Shown: piece by piece, positions 1-9,752 of the stretch
Position numbering within the stretch: position 1 is the stretch's first letter
Layout of the letters: each line of letters opens with the position of its first letter
DNA from: Clostridiales bacterium
GTDB lineage: Bacteria > Bacillota > Dehalobacteriia > UBA4068
DNA length: 64,000 bases
Assembly: GCA_040767605.1 (NCBI GenBank)
Contig: JAXGOI010000001.1
Coordinates: 1,538,638-1,602,637 of the forward strand
Direction of reading: 5' to 3'
Notes under the pieces: model-generated
What the model was told of the DNA's origin: nothing
Databases searched by the model: none
What the model saw: only the letters and a program-made list of their open reading frames with translations
Program-made: the position numbers and the translations under genes

Positions 1-173
1 TTTTAGCCCATAATCACCCCGGGGGAAGCCTTAGGCCCACAACGGCGGATATGGATTTAACCTGGTGTTTAACAGATGCCATGAAGCATATAAATATCCC
101 TGTTATAGACCATATTATTGTGGCGGGGGGAAGATATATAAGCTTTGTGGAAAAAGGCCTTTTATGCAAATAA
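1..173 (+). CDS. radC: RadC-family JAB/MPN-domain protein, C-terminal fragment (start lies upstream of the window)
   Basis: Own translation of frame 3: LAHNHPGGSLRPTTADMDLTWCLTDAMKHINIPVIDHIIVAGGRYISFVEKGLLCK, stop TAA 171-173. HNHPxG...D...DHIIV...Y.SF resembles the RadC C-terminal signature. Not in the ORF track because it is truncated by the window edge. Confidence 0.6.
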   Translation, partial: LAHNHPGGSLRPTTADMDLTWCLTDAMKHINIPVIDHIIVAGGRYISFVEKGLLCK

Positions 174-200
174 TAAACGGCCGGAAAAGAGGATTTCTTT

Positions 201-3200
201 ATGAGCTTTGTGCATTTACATAATCATACCGAATTCAGCCTTTTAGACGGCGCCGCAAAGGTAAATGAATTAACGGCAAGAGCCAAAGAATTAGGAATGC
301 CCGCCATTGCCATTACAGACCACGGGGTAATGTATGGGGCAATCAGCTTTTATCAGGCTGCCCAAAAAGCCGGCATAAAGCCTATTATCGGCTGCGAGGT
401 TTATGTAGCGGCCAGAAGCCGCCACGATAAAGAAGCCCGCAGGGATGATGCCTCTTATCATCTGGTTTTACTAGCCGAAAATCAAAAAGGCTATGAAAAC
501 CTTTGCCGTTTGGTATCCTTTGGCTTTTTAGAGGGCTTTTATTATAAGCCCCGGGTAGATATGGAGCTTTTAGAAAAATACAGCGAGGGTTTAATCTGCC
601 TTTCGGGGTGTATAGCCGGGGAATTGCCGGAGCTTTTGCTGCAAAACCGTATGGAGGATGCCAAAAAGCTCGCCCAAAAATATCAGCAAATTTTCGGCAA
701 AGATAATTATTTTATTGAGCTGCAAAACCATGGTATCCCTGAAGAGCTTGAGGTCTTACCCAAGCTTGCGGAAATCGGTAAAGAGCTTGATATCCCCCTT
801 GTTGCAACAAACGACCTCCACTATGTGGATAAAAACGATGCCAAAATGCATGATATTCTTTTATGTATTCAAACCGGGAAAATTCGGGATGAAGAAAACA
901 GAATGCGCTTCCCCAGCGATGAATTTAATTTAAAAACCCCGGAAGAAATGGCGGAGATTTTTAAAAAATGGCCGGAGGCTTTAAGCAATACCCTTAAAAT
1001 TGCCGACCGCTGCCAGGTGGATTTTCATTTTGGGGATTTATTCCTGCCGGATTATGAAGTGCCGGGGGGTTATGATTTAAACAGTTATTTGGATTATCTT
1101 TGCCGCAAGGGTATAAAAAAGCGTTATCCCGCCGGCGGCCCGGAGGTTTACGAAAGGCTGGATTTTGAGCTTAAAACCATTGAAAAAATGGGCTTTTCAG
1201 GTTATTTTTTAATTGTTTGGGATATGATTAACCATGCCCGGGAAATCGGCATTTCCGTCGGCCCCGGCAGAGGCTCCGCCGCCGGCAGCATAGTGGCTTA
1301 TGCCTTGGGAATAACCAATATTGACCCCATTCGCTACAATTTGCTTTTTGAGCGTTTTTTAAACCCGGAAAGAGTATCCCCCCCGGATATTGATATTGAT
1401 ATTTGCGATGAACGCCGGGGCGAGGTTGTAGAATACCTTTTTAATAAATACGGCTATGATAAAGTAAGCCAGATTATTACATTTAATGTCATGCTGGCTA
1501 AGGGAGCGGTAAGAGATGTGGGCCGGGTTCTTAATATGCCTTATGCCGATGTTGATGTAGTTGCAAAGCTAATCCCAAACGATGCTAAATTCTCTCTGGC
1601 GGAGGTTAAAATTAAAGGCAAAGCCCCGGAGCTTTATGAGCTTTACCGCAGCAACCCTGAAATAAAGGAATTAATAGATATTGCCGCCCAAATTCAGGGT
1701 ATGCCCCGCCATGCGGGCAAGCATGCCGCCGGGGTTGTGATAGCCCAAAATGAGTTAATCAGCTATATGCCTGTTCAAAAACTGGCCGACGGCATAGTTA
1801 CAACCCAGTTTGAAAAGCAGCAGGTGGAGGATTGCGGCCTCCTTAAAATGGATTTACTGGGTTTAAGGACTTTAAGCGTTATTGAAAATTCTTTGGAGAA
1901 TATCCGCCTCAGCAAGGGAGAAATCATAGATATTGAGGAAATCCCCTTAGATGACCCGGCTACCTTTGAAATGCTTTCCCAGGGGGATTCCGTATGCATA
2001 TTCCAGCTGGAAAGCGAGGGCATGCGGAAGATTCTTAAAAGCCTGAAGCCCGAGAGGTTTGAGGATATTATTGCTTTAGTTGCTCTTTACCGCCCCGGGC
2101 CTTTAGGCAGCGGAATGGTGGATTCTTTTATTTCCAATAAACACGGCGAGACGGAAATTACTTATATGCACCCCCTACTGGAGGGGATTTTAAAGGAAAC
2201 CTATGGGGTTATTCTCTATCAGGAGCAGGTTATGCAAATTGCCTATCATTTAGCGGGCTTTTCCTTAGGGCAATCGGATATGTTAAGAAGAGCCATGGGC
2301 AAAAAACAGCCGGAAGTTATTGCCAAAGAGCGGGATAATTTTATTCGGGGCTGTACTGCCAGGGGTATAAAAGCAAAGGTGGCAGGGGATATTTTTGAAT
2401 TAATGGAATACTTTGCCGGTTACGGCTTTAATAAAAGCCATTCCGCGGCCTATGCTTTAGTAGCTTATGAAACCGCCTGGCTTAAAGCCAATTACCCCGA
2501 AGAATTTATGGCTGCCATGCTTACAAGCGTTATGGATAATATTGATAAAGTGCCGGAATATATTGAGGAATGCAAGCGCATGAATATTGAGGTTTTACCC
2601 CCGGATATTAATGAAAGCCAGGTAAATTTCAGCGTTGTTGGGGGTAAAATCCGCTTTGCTTTGGCGGCGGTAAAAAATGTGGGCAGGGATGCCGTTGCCA
2701 AGCTGGTGGAGGAGAGAAATCAGGGGGGGCCTTTTACCTCCATGGGGGATTTATGCCGCCGCCTGCCCTTAAACCGCAAGGCTCTGGAAAGCCTGATAAA
2801 ATGCGGCTGCTTTGATTCTCAAAAAGCCTGCCGCTCTCAGCTGCTGGAGGCGGTGGACAGAGCTTTGGAATTGGGGCGCAGGCTTAATGCGGATAGGGAA
2901 TCTTCCCAGCTTTCGCTTTTTGATTTTGGGATGGAGCAATGCCAGGCCTCCCAGCCGAGCCTAGTATTAAAAGATATTCCCGAATATTCCTCGGGGGAGC
3001 TTTTGGCTATGGAAAAGGAAATCATCGGCTTTTATATAAGCGGTCACCCTTTAGATAGTTACAGCAGGTATTTTAACGGTAAAACCACCCATAATACCCA
3101 TACTCTAAACCCTGAAGACTTAGCCGACGAGGTTAAAATAGGGGGGCAAATTAACGGGCTGCGCCATTTAATTACAAAAAACGGGGCCAATATGGCTACC

Positions 3201-3587
3201 TTTATGCTGGAAGACCAGTTTGGCTGTATAAAATGTATTGCCTTCCCTAAAAGCTATACCCAAATCAGGGATTCTCTTTTACCGGGGAAGACTTTAATAG
3301 TCGGCGGCAGGCTGAAAAACGATGAAGATAAGCTGGAAATAATTGCGGAAAACGCCATTCCTCCTTTTAAAATCTATCTCAGGCTTCCCGACAGCCAAGA
3401 TAAGGCTTTAATTGATAATCTTAGCGAATATCTTTCCCACCATATTGGGGACGGAGAGTTAATGCTTTATTATGCCGATTTAAAGCAGTATTCCGCCCTC
3501 CCCGGAATTATGGGAATTATGCCCGATAAAGATTTAATTAACGGGCTGGTTGAGCTTTTAGGCTCCGAAAATGTTGTAATCCGCTAG
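201..3587 (+). CDS. dnaE: DNA polymerase III alpha subunit (DnaE type)
   Basis: 1128 aa. N-terminal PHP domain (MSFVHLHNHTEFSLLDG...ITDHG) and polymerase core (GLLKMDLLGLRTL, FNKSHSAAYA). No internal exonuclease insertion, so DnaE rather than PolC. Confidence 0.95.
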   Translation: MSFVHLHNHTEFSLLDGAAKVNELTARAKELGMPAIAITDHGVMYGAISFYQAAQKAGIKPIIGCEVYVAARSRHDKEARRDDASYHLVLLAENQKGYENLCRLVSFGFLEGFYYKPRVDMELLEKYSEGLICLSGCIAGELPELLLQNRMEDAKKLAQKYQQIFGKDNYFIELQNHGIPEELEVLPKLAEIGKELDIPLVATNDLHYVDKNDAKMHDILLCIQTGKIRDEENRMRFPSDEFNLKTPEEMAEIFKKWPEALSNTLKIADRCQVDFHFGDLFLPDYEVPGGYDLNSYLDYLCRKGIKKRYPAGGPEVYERLDFELKTIEKMGFSGYFLIVWDMINHAREIGISVGPGRGSAAGSIVAYALGITNIDPIRYNLLFERFLNPERVSPPDIDIDICDERRGEVVEYLFNKYGYDKVSQIITFNVMLAKGAVRDVGRVLNMPYADVDVVAKLIPNDAKFSLAEVKIKGKAPELYELYRSNPEIKELIDIAAQIQGMPRHAGKHAAGVVIAQNELISYMPVQKLADGIVTTQFEKQQVEDCGLLKMDLLGLRTLSVIENSLENIRLSKGEIIDIEEIPLDDPATFEMLSQGDSVCIFQLESEGMRKILKSLKPERFEDIIALVALYRPGPLGSGMVDSFISNKHGETEITYMHPLLEGILKETYGVILYQEQVMQIAYHLAGFSLGQSDMLRRAMGKKQPEVIAKERDNFIRGCTARGIKAKVAGDIFELMEYFAGYGFNKSHSAAYALVAYETAWLKANYPEEFMAAMLTSVMDNIDKVPEYIEECKRMNIEVLPPDINESQVNFSVVGGKIRFALAAVKNVGRDAVAKLVEERNQGGPFTSMGDLCRRLPLNRKALESLIKCGCFDSQKACRSQLLEAVDRALELGRRLNADRESSQLSLFDFGMEQCQASQPSLVLKDIPEYSSGELLAMEKEIIGFYISGHPLDSYSRYFNGKTTHNTHTLNPEDLADEVKIGGQINGLRHLITKNGANMATFMLEDQFGCIKCIAFPKSYTQIRDSLLPGKTLIVGGRLKNDEDKLEIIAENAIPPFKIYLRLPDSQDKALIDNLSEYLSHHIGDGELMLYYADLKQYSALPGIMGIMPDKDLINGLVELLGSENVVIR

Positions 3588-3828
3588 ATATTTGCCTTTA
3601 GGAGGCAATTACCAAATTTTTTATAGTTTATTTGGCCAGTATTTAAATAATATTTTAACCCCGGGAGAATTCTTGCGCTTTTTATAAAAACCTCTTTAGT
3701 TAGGGCTTGTTTTTTCTTATAAAAAGGTTTACAATAAAGCGGTATGAGTATATTTGCCATACAAGTATACAATCTTAATTGTTTATAAACTTATGCCAAG
3801 CATAGGAAAATTAAAGGAGGTCTTTTTA

Positions 3829-5169
3829 ATGTCTTTTAGTGTGGAAGAGTTCATGGATAAGGTTATTGCAAAAAACCCCGGCGAGCCTGAATTTCATCAG
3901 GCTGTAAAGGAAGTTGTAGAAACCTTGGCCCCTGTCCTTGAAGCCAACCCCAAGTATGTTAAGTACAAAGTGCTTGAGAGAATGGTAGAGCCGGAAAGAA
4001 CAATTATTTTCCGGGTTCCCTGGGTGGATGATAAGGGAGAAATCCAGGTTAACCGCGGTTTCCGCGTTCAGATGAACAGCGCCATCGGCCCTTATAAAGG
4101 CGGCGTGCGCTTTCATCCCACCGTTAACTTAAGCGTTATGAAATTCTTGGCTTTTGAACAAACCTTTAAAAACAGCCTGACCACCCTGCCCATGGGCGGC
4201 GGTAAAGGCGGCTCCGATTTTGACCCTCAGGGTAAATCCGAGGGCGAAATGATGCGTTTTTGCCAGTCCTTTATGAATGAGCTTTACCGCCATATCGGCG
4301 CGGATACAGATGTTCCCGCCGGTGATATCGGCGTTGGCGCCCGTGAAGTGGGTTATCTTTTCGGCCAGTATAAAAGGCTTAAAAACCATTTTGTCGGCGT
4401 TCTTACCGGCAAGGGTCTTGAATACGGCGGCAGCCTTGTTCGTCCGGAAGCCACCGGCTTCGGCACCGTTTATTTTGCCCAGCATATGCTTAAAGAGCTT
4501 GGGGATGAAATTAAAGGTAAAAGCGTTGCCCTTTCCGGCTTCGGTAATGTTGCCTGGGGCGCTGCTACAAAACTGCGCGAATTAGGCGCCAAAGTAGTTG
4601 CTATTTCCGGCCCGGACGGCTATGTCTACATTAAAGACGGCATTACCCCCGAAGGCATTGATTATATGCTGGAGCTGCGCAATTCCAATAATAACGTTGT
4701 TGCTCCTTTTGCCGATAAATTTGACGCGGTTTTCTATCCTAAAGAAAAGGCCTGGCAGGCAAAATGCGATATCGCTTTCCCCTGCGCTTTCCAAAACGAG
4801 CTTACCCTTGAAGATGCCAAAACCCTTGTTGCCAACGGCTGCAAAATGGTTGTGGAAACCTCCAATATGGGCTGCACCGCTGATGCCGTTAATTACCTGG
4901 TAGAAACCATTTCCTTTGCCCCCGGCAAAGCTGCCAATGCCGGCGGCGTTGCTACCTCAGGTTTGGAAATGAGCCAGAATGCCGGTAAAATCAGCTGGAC
5001 CGCCGAAGAAGTCGGAGAGAAGCTTTCCATTATTATGAAGGGTATTCATGATACCTGTGTTAAATATGGTAAGGATTGCAGCTGCAATAAAATCAATTAT
5101 GTTAAAGGCGCAAATATCGGCGGCTTTATGAAGGTTGCCGATGCCATGATAGCGCAAGGCGTTTGCTAA
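3829..5169 (+). CDS. gdhA: Glutamate dehydrogenase (NADP-type, hexameric family)
   Basis: Motifs KGGVRFHP, PMGGGKGGSDFDP, GFGNVAWG. I moved the start to ATG 3829 (MSFSVEEF...), which follows SD AAAGGAGG at 3813-3820. The track start at 3754 adds 25 aa with no SD. Confidence 0.9.
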   Translation: MSFSVEEFMDKVIAKNPGEPEFHQAVKEVVETLAPVLEANPKYVKYKVLERMVEPERTIIFRVPWVDDKGEIQVNRGFRVQMNSAIGPYKGGVRFHPTVNLSVMKFLAFEQTFKNSLTTLPMGGGKGGSDFDPQGKSEGEMMRFCQSFMNELYRHIGADTDVPAGDIGVGAREVGYLFGQYKRLKNHFVGVLTGKGLEYGGSLVRPEATGFGTVYFAQHMLKELGDEIKGKSVALSGFGNVAWGAATKLRELGAKVVAISGPDGYVYIKDGITPEGIDYMLELRNSNNNVVAPFADKFDAVFYPKEKAWQAKCDIAFPCAFQNELTLEDAKTLVANGCKMVVETSNMGCTADAVNYLVETISFAPGKAANAGGVATSGLEMSQNAGKISWTAEEVGEKLSIIMKGIHDTCVKYGKDCSCNKINYVKGANIGGFMKVADAMIAQGVC

Positions 5170-5182
5170 TTGCCAAAATAAA

Positions 5183-5208
5183 AGCGCCCCTTAAGGGGCG
5201 CTTTTTTA
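5183..5208 (+). terminator. Intrinsic terminator after gdhA
   Basis: AGCGCCCC-TTAA-GGGGCGCT followed by TTTTTT. Confidence 0.8.
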
Positions 5209-5294
5209 TTTATTAAAAGGTTTGCATATGCTTATTAAATTATGGTATACTTTTGCTGTCTTTTAGCAATAATATTTAATGTGGAGGTGTGCGA

Positions 5295-5492
5295 ATGGCA
5301 ACTATTACTAAGGATATGGGCATAATGGAGGTAGTTGAAAAATGGCCCCAGGCTGTGCCTATTCTGATGCAATTTGGCATGGGCTGCATTGGCTGCGCCG
5401 CGGCTCATTTTGAGAGTATTGGCGAGGGCGCAATGGCCCACGGTATAGATGTAGATGCACTTATGCTGGCCCTTAATAAAGAAGTTGAATAA
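5295..5492 (+). CDS. DUF1858 / hybrid-cluster-protein-associated redox disulfide domain protein (small)
   Basis: MATITKDMGIMEVVEKWPQAVPILMQFGMGCIGCAAAHFESIGEGAMAHGIDVDAL; the GMGCxGC motif is typical of this family. ATG 5295 follows SD GGAGGTG 5283-5289. Confidence 0.7.
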   Translation: MATITKDMGIMEVVEKWPQAVPILMQFGMGCIGCAAAHFESIGEGAMAHGIDVDALMLALNKEVE

Positions 5493-5511
5493 TAAAGGGT
5501 ATGCCTTAAAA

Positions 5512-5537
5512 GTAAGAGCCATAGCTCTTACTTTTTT
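5512..5537 (+). terminator. Intrinsic terminator after the DUF1858 gene
   Basis: GTAAGAGC-CATA-GCTCTTAC then TTTTTT. Confidence 0.75.
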
Positions 5538-5588
5538 ATTTTGCCTTTTTTAGGCTAAAGCCTTTGCCGGCTTTAAGCGTTTAAAGAC

Positions 5589-6269
5589 CTATTCTTTCTT
5601 TAAGCCTTTAGGCAAAGGCAGGCTTTTGCCGCAATGGGGGCAGATAATTATTAAGCCCCTTTCCCCATGGGAGATTTTAAGATCCGCCAAAGGAGCCTCT
5701 TCCAGAGTAAGCCAGGGGCGGGATGAATTTTGCGGGCTGATACTTTCCGGGTTATATTGAGAATTATTTTTATTTTGTCGCTGTTTAAAAATACAATTTG
5801 AATTAAAGGCCCGCATATTCCCGGGCCAGAGGCCAAAAGGGGGTATTTTGCGGTAAGGGCAAGGCATATTTGCAGACATAGCAAGGCTTTGCCCGGTTTT
5901 TAGCTGCGGAATAAAGACTTTATCTCCTTTTTTTAAGGCCTGATTATTTAAAAGCTGTTTATTATGGCCCTTTAAAAGCCGGTAATCTATTTTAAGCTTA
6001 TGGGCTGCCTGCATAAGCGTTTCCCCTCCCGGGCTTAAATAAATAAAGGGCCTTTGGTTTTGGTCATTTAAACTTAAATCCTCAGGGTTTTCGGCAGGCA
6101 TTTTAGGCGGGCCGGGGCTTGCCTGGGGAATATAAATTTCCGCCCCGGGGTTTATTTCATTAGCGTCTTTAATCTGCGGGTTTGCCAGTATAAGGTTATC
6201 CAGGGAAATTCCGAAGGCCGTAGCGATTTCCCATAGGGTATCTCCGTCTTTATATACATAAATAAGCAA
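5589..6269 (-). CDS. LysM-domain (two repeats) peptidoglycan-binding protein with C-terminal CxxC motif
   Basis: Two LysM repeats (YVYKDGDTLWEIATAFGISLDNLILANPQI...IYIP and LSPGGETLMQAAHKLKIDYRLLKGHN...VFIP). The C-terminus carries CPHCG. Start placed at TTG 6269, 6 nt after SD GGAGGG; the track start at 6386 adds 39 low-complexity aa. Confidence 0.7.
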   Translation of the reverse strand: MLIYVYKDGDTLWEIATAFGISLDNLILANPQIKDANEINPGAEIYIPQASPGPPKMPAENPEDLSLNDQNQRPFIYLSPGGETLMQAAHKLKIDYRLLKGHNKQLLNNQALKKGDKVFIPQLKTGQSLAMSANMPCPYRKIPPFGLWPGNMRAFNSNCIFKQRQNKNNSQYNPESISPQNSSRPWLTLEEAPLADLKISHGERGLIIICPHCGKSLPLPKGLKKE

Positions 6270-6510
6270 AATAATCCCTCCGGTATTAAAATTATTGCTA
6301 TATAATAATATGCCGCTTATAAATATCGGAGCCTGTTTGTTTTGGCTAAAGTGTATTTGCATTTTAGAAAAAAGTAATAAAGGCAAAAAATTAAAGGGGA
6401 AATTTTATTAAAAGAGAATAATAGTCTGGTGTTGTTTTTTTGCTGCTTAGTTAAAAATAATTGCCGCTTAATAATTAAAGCATACTTTTAAACTTAAAAG
6501 AGGGAATAGC

Positions 6511-7614
6511 TTGGGAATTAAAGAAATAAGGCCAAAAAAGACAGATTTACCCCTTAAAGAGGGCTTGCCTCAAAAAGAAGATTCAGCGAATAATGAGGAA
6601 TTAAATAAAGATGCCTTAAACCGGAATATTTATATTTCCGCCTGCCATATACCCTGGGCAAATCAGGCTTTTGAAGAGCATTTATTAAAAAACGGGCCCC
6701 AAAAAACGGCCTTATATTTATGGCAAAACCAGCGTACCGTTGTTATAGGCAGGCATCAAAATGCTTTGGCTGAGGTTAATTTAAGCCTTCTTCAGGCCGA
6801 GGGCGGCTATTTAGCCAGGCGCATCAGCGGCGGCGGCGCCGTATATCATGATTTAGGCAATTTAAATTTTACTTTTGTAATGCCCAAAAAAGCTTATGAT
6901 TTACACCGCCAAACTAAAGTAATTCTAGAGGCCGTAAAAAGCCTGGGCTTAGACGCCGCCTTTTCCGGAAGGAACGATTTGGAAATAAACGGCCGTAAAT
7001 TTTCAGGCAATGCCTTTTATTTAGGCCGGGAGAGGGCCTTTCATCATGGCACGGTTCTGGTTAATTGTAATTTAGAGGATATGCTGAGGTATCTTTCCCC
7101 CTCCTTTGATAAAATAAGCTCTAAAGGAGTTGCCTCTGTTAAGGCCAGAGTTGTTAATTTGGCCGAATTAAGCCCCGGCCTGAATACGGAGGATATAATC
7201 CAAAGCCTGTGCCGGGCTTTTACAAAGGAATACTTCCCGGGGGAGGCGGAATATAAGGCGGAATATATTGATACCCAAAAAAAAGCCCCTGAAATTTTAC
7301 TTAAAAAATATTCCTCCTGGGATTGGGCCGCAGGGAAAGACCCGGCCTTTGAAATTAAACTAAAGGAAAAATTTGCCTGGGGCAGCTTTGAACTTTGCCT
7401 GAAGGCCAAAAACGGCTTTATTACTCAATGCGGAATTTATTCAGATGCTTTAGACAGCATTTTTATTGAAAGGCTGCTGGCTATTTTACCCGGCCTGCCC
7501 TTAGAAGGCAATACCCTTGCCAGAGCAGCCGAGAGCCTATCTGGCAGCTTTAGGCAAAGAAATATGCAGGAGGATTTAGGCAATTGGCTTAGAAAAATAT
7601 TCTTGCATTGTTAA
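6511..7614 (+). CDS. lplA: Lipoate-protein ligase
   Basis: RRISGGGAVYHDLGNLNFTF and GRKFSGNAF motifs of the LplA/LplJ family, plus the C-terminal accessory domain. TTG start after AGAGGGA. The N-terminal ~38 aa extension is uncertain. Confidence 0.85.
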   Translation: MGIKEIRPKKTDLPLKEGLPQKEDSANNEELNKDALNRNIYISACHIPWANQAFEEHLLKNGPQKTALYLWQNQRTVVIGRHQNALAEVNLSLLQAEGGYLARRISGGGAVYHDLGNLNFTFVMPKKAYDLHRQTKVILEAVKSLGLDAAFSGRNDLEINGRKFSGNAFYLGRERAFHHGTVLVNCNLEDMLRYLSPSFDKISSKGVASVKARVVNLAELSPGLNTEDIIQSLCRAFTKEYFPGEAEYKAEYIDTQKKAPEILLKKYSSWDWAAGKDPAFEIKLKEKFAWGSFELCLKAKNGFITQCGIYSDALDSIFIERLLAILPGLPLEGNTLARAAESLSGSFRQRNMQEDLGNWLRKIFLHC

Positions 7615-7740
7615 GGCGGCTTTTGCCCCATTGCTAAACAGGAATTAATATCATATAATATAATTAGTTTAGCAAATAATATAGCAAATAGTTTAAACTT
7701 TATTTTGGGGCATAAATATTATATTTTAGGACTGATTATT

Positions 7741-8157
7741 ATGAAAGAAAAAAATAAAAATATTGGCGGAAATATTGCCAGTAATAAAGAAATAATCGCT
7801 TTGGCCAATACCCTTTCCGAGCGTATCAGAAGCAGCAATGAATACCGGAATTATTGCGAGGCCAGGCAAAATCTCCATGGGGATAAAAAAAATTCCCAGC
7901 TTTTAAGCGAATACCGCAAGCAGCAATTGCGCCTGCATATAGCCCAAATAAGCGGTGAGGATACCGAAGAGGATTTTGAAGATTTAGAGCAGGCTTATTT
8001 TACATTTTGCAGCGATGAGGTTATAAGCAATTTTCTCTATGCCGAGGGGCGCTTTTCCCGCCTTTTAGGTGATGTTCAGGCGGCCCTGGGCAAAAATTTG
8101 GATATCTGGATGGAATTAGGTATTGATGAAAATGATTCAGGCCAGTTTTTAAATTAA
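7741..8157 (+). CDS. YlbF/YmcA-family regulatory protein (putative)
   Basis: About 138 aa, helical. SNEYRNYCEARQNL...LLSEYRKQQ...ISNFLYAEGRFSRLLGDVQ resembles Com_YlbF family proteins. Start taken at ATG 7741. Confidence 0.5.
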   Translation: MKEKNKNIGGNIASNKEIIALANTLSERIRSSNEYRNYCEARQNLHGDKKNSQLLSEYRKQQLRLHIAQISGEDTEEDFEDLEQAYFTFCSDEVISNFLYAEGRFSRLLGDVQAALGKNLDIWMELGIDENDSGQFLN

Positions 8158-8204
8158 AAAAGGATTTAAGCCATTAAATAGGCCCTTGAATAAGAGGTGT
8201 AAGG

Positions 8205-8615
8205 ATGACCAGGGTTAAGCAAAAACGCATGACAAAACAAAAGAAACTTGTTTACAGTGTTTTGGCCTCAACAAAAAGCCACCCCACAGCGGACTGGGTG
8301 TATGAGGAGGCCCGCAAGGTGCTCCCGGATATAAGCCTGGGTACAGTATACCGTAATCTTCAGGTATTAAGCAGAGAAAATCAAATTCAGGAGCTTACAT
8401 TTGGCAAGGCCCAAAGCCGTTTTGACGCCAACCCCCATATTCATTATCATTTTGTTTGTAAAAATTGCGGGGCGGTTTTAGATTGCGAAAACAGCCCTCT
8501 TAAATTCAGCCAGGATTTTTTAGATAATTTACCGGGGGAAAGCGAGTACTACCGCTTAGAGTTTTATGGTGTTTGCAGTTCCTGCCTGGAAAAGACCAAT
8601 AAAAAAGCCCAATAA
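8205..8615 (+). CDS. Fur-family metalloregulator (Fur/PerR/Zur subtype not resolved)
   Basis: Winged-helix N-terminus (SLGTVYRNLQVL), HYHFVCKNCG...CSSC structural Zn motif, 136 aa. Confidence 0.85.
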   Translation: MTRVKQKRMTKQKKLVYSVLASTKSHPTADWVYEEARKVLPDISLGTVYRNLQVLSRENQIQELTFGKAQSRFDANPHIHYHFVCKNCGAVLDCENSPLKFSQDFLDNLPGESEYYRLEFYGVCSSCLEKTNKKAQ

Positions 8616-8857
8616 AAACTCTAATAAAGAACATAAATAAAAAAGCCCAATAAAAAGACCTTAAAACCGCTTTTAAATAATTAGTTTTTTTATTCCCGCC
8701 TAAAATGAAGCCCGCCGGTTTTAGGGCTTTTTTCGAGGTTAAGATATAAGCAGGATATTTTTACTAGGCAGAAATTGTTTGACTTTAGGGGTTAATTTAG
8801 GTATTATAAAGTTTGTGATTAGCTTTTGTTTTGATTTTATATGCTGGAGGAAGACAT

Positions 8858-9586
8858 ATGTTAATGAGTAAAATTCGCCATTCCCGGAAAAAATACCGGG
8901 GGGTGCTTATAGTTGTTATTTCCCTGCTTATTATAAGCCTTATAAGTACCTTTGCCCTGCTGGGCTCCTCTGCCGGTACAGGGGGTAATGCCCAAGGCGC
9001 CGAACAGGCAAAGCTGCAGGCCGAGGCTTTGGAAAAGATTATTAAAGAGGCGGAAGATGTTACCGATAAAGATTATTCCGCCAATAGTAATTTGGCTAGC
9101 TATTATACATCTCTGGCCTCCGCCTATGGCGAGCTGGGGGATTCCAGATCTCAAGAGGCTTCTTTGAAGGCTGCGGAGTATTTCCGCGCAGCTATGGATA
9201 CAGCCCCGGCTGAAATGAACGATTTAGGCAAAGCGCAGCTTTATGCCTCTATGGCAGTAAGCTATTATGCCGGCGGGGATAATGTTATGGCTACCGCCGC
9301 CTTTAATGAGGCTTTAGCTCTTGCCCCGGATAACTTTGAAATTGCCAGGGATTATTCCTATTTTCTCTTCGGAACCCAGGGTATTGATGAGGCTATAAAT
9401 TATTTGGAGGGTTATAAAGAGGCGGCCCTTGAAGAAGGCAAGGAGACTGCCGGTGTTGATGAAATGCTTAACTTATATAAATCCCTGCAGGATGCCTTTA
9501 AGGATGCGGAAAAATCAGAGAATCAGGATGATGCCGGCAATACCGGAACCGAGGAAAATACCGAGAATGGTAGCGATGTAGAATAA
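8858..9586 (+). CDS. Membrane-anchored TPR-like repeat protein with acidic C-terminal tail
   Basis: N-terminal TM helix (VLIVVISLLIISLISTFALL), Ala/Tyr-rich TPR-like repeats, D/E/N-rich tail. ATG 8858 follows SD GGAGGAAG. Confidence 0.55.
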   Translation: MLMSKIRHSRKKYRGVLIVVISLLIISLISTFALLGSSAGTGGNAQGAEQAKLQAEALEKIIKEAEDVTDKDYSANSNLASYYTSLASAYGELGDSRSQEASLKAAEYFRAAMDTAPAEMNDLGKAQLYASMAVSYYAGGDNVMATAAFNEALALAPDNFEIARDYSYFLFGTQGIDEAINYLEGYKEAALEEGKETAGVDEMLNLYKSLQDAFKDAEKSENQDDAGNTGTEENTENGSDVE

Positions 9587-9593
9587 ACCGGCT

Positions 9594-9621
9594 GCCCCCG
9601 TTTTTACGGGGGCTTCTTTTT
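9594..9621 (+). terminator. Intrinsic terminator
   Basis: GCCCCCG-TTTTTA-CGGGGGC then TTCTTTTT. Confidence 0.8.
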
Positions 9622-9752
9622 GTTTACGGCAGGAATAAACAAAGCTTTGTGGAAAGGATATAAGGCTCTATATGGCCGGTTGAGGAGAAATCTTCCGGTC
9701 ATATTGTATGGGCAAACTTAATATAGATAGTTGTGATTTGGAGGAATAAAAA

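Noticed and set aside
3584-3772. 62-aa minus-strand ORF in the dnaE-gdhA spacer
   Set aside because: It has no SD and is an AT-rich low-complexity translation. It overlaps the likely gdhA promoter region. There is no supporting motif.
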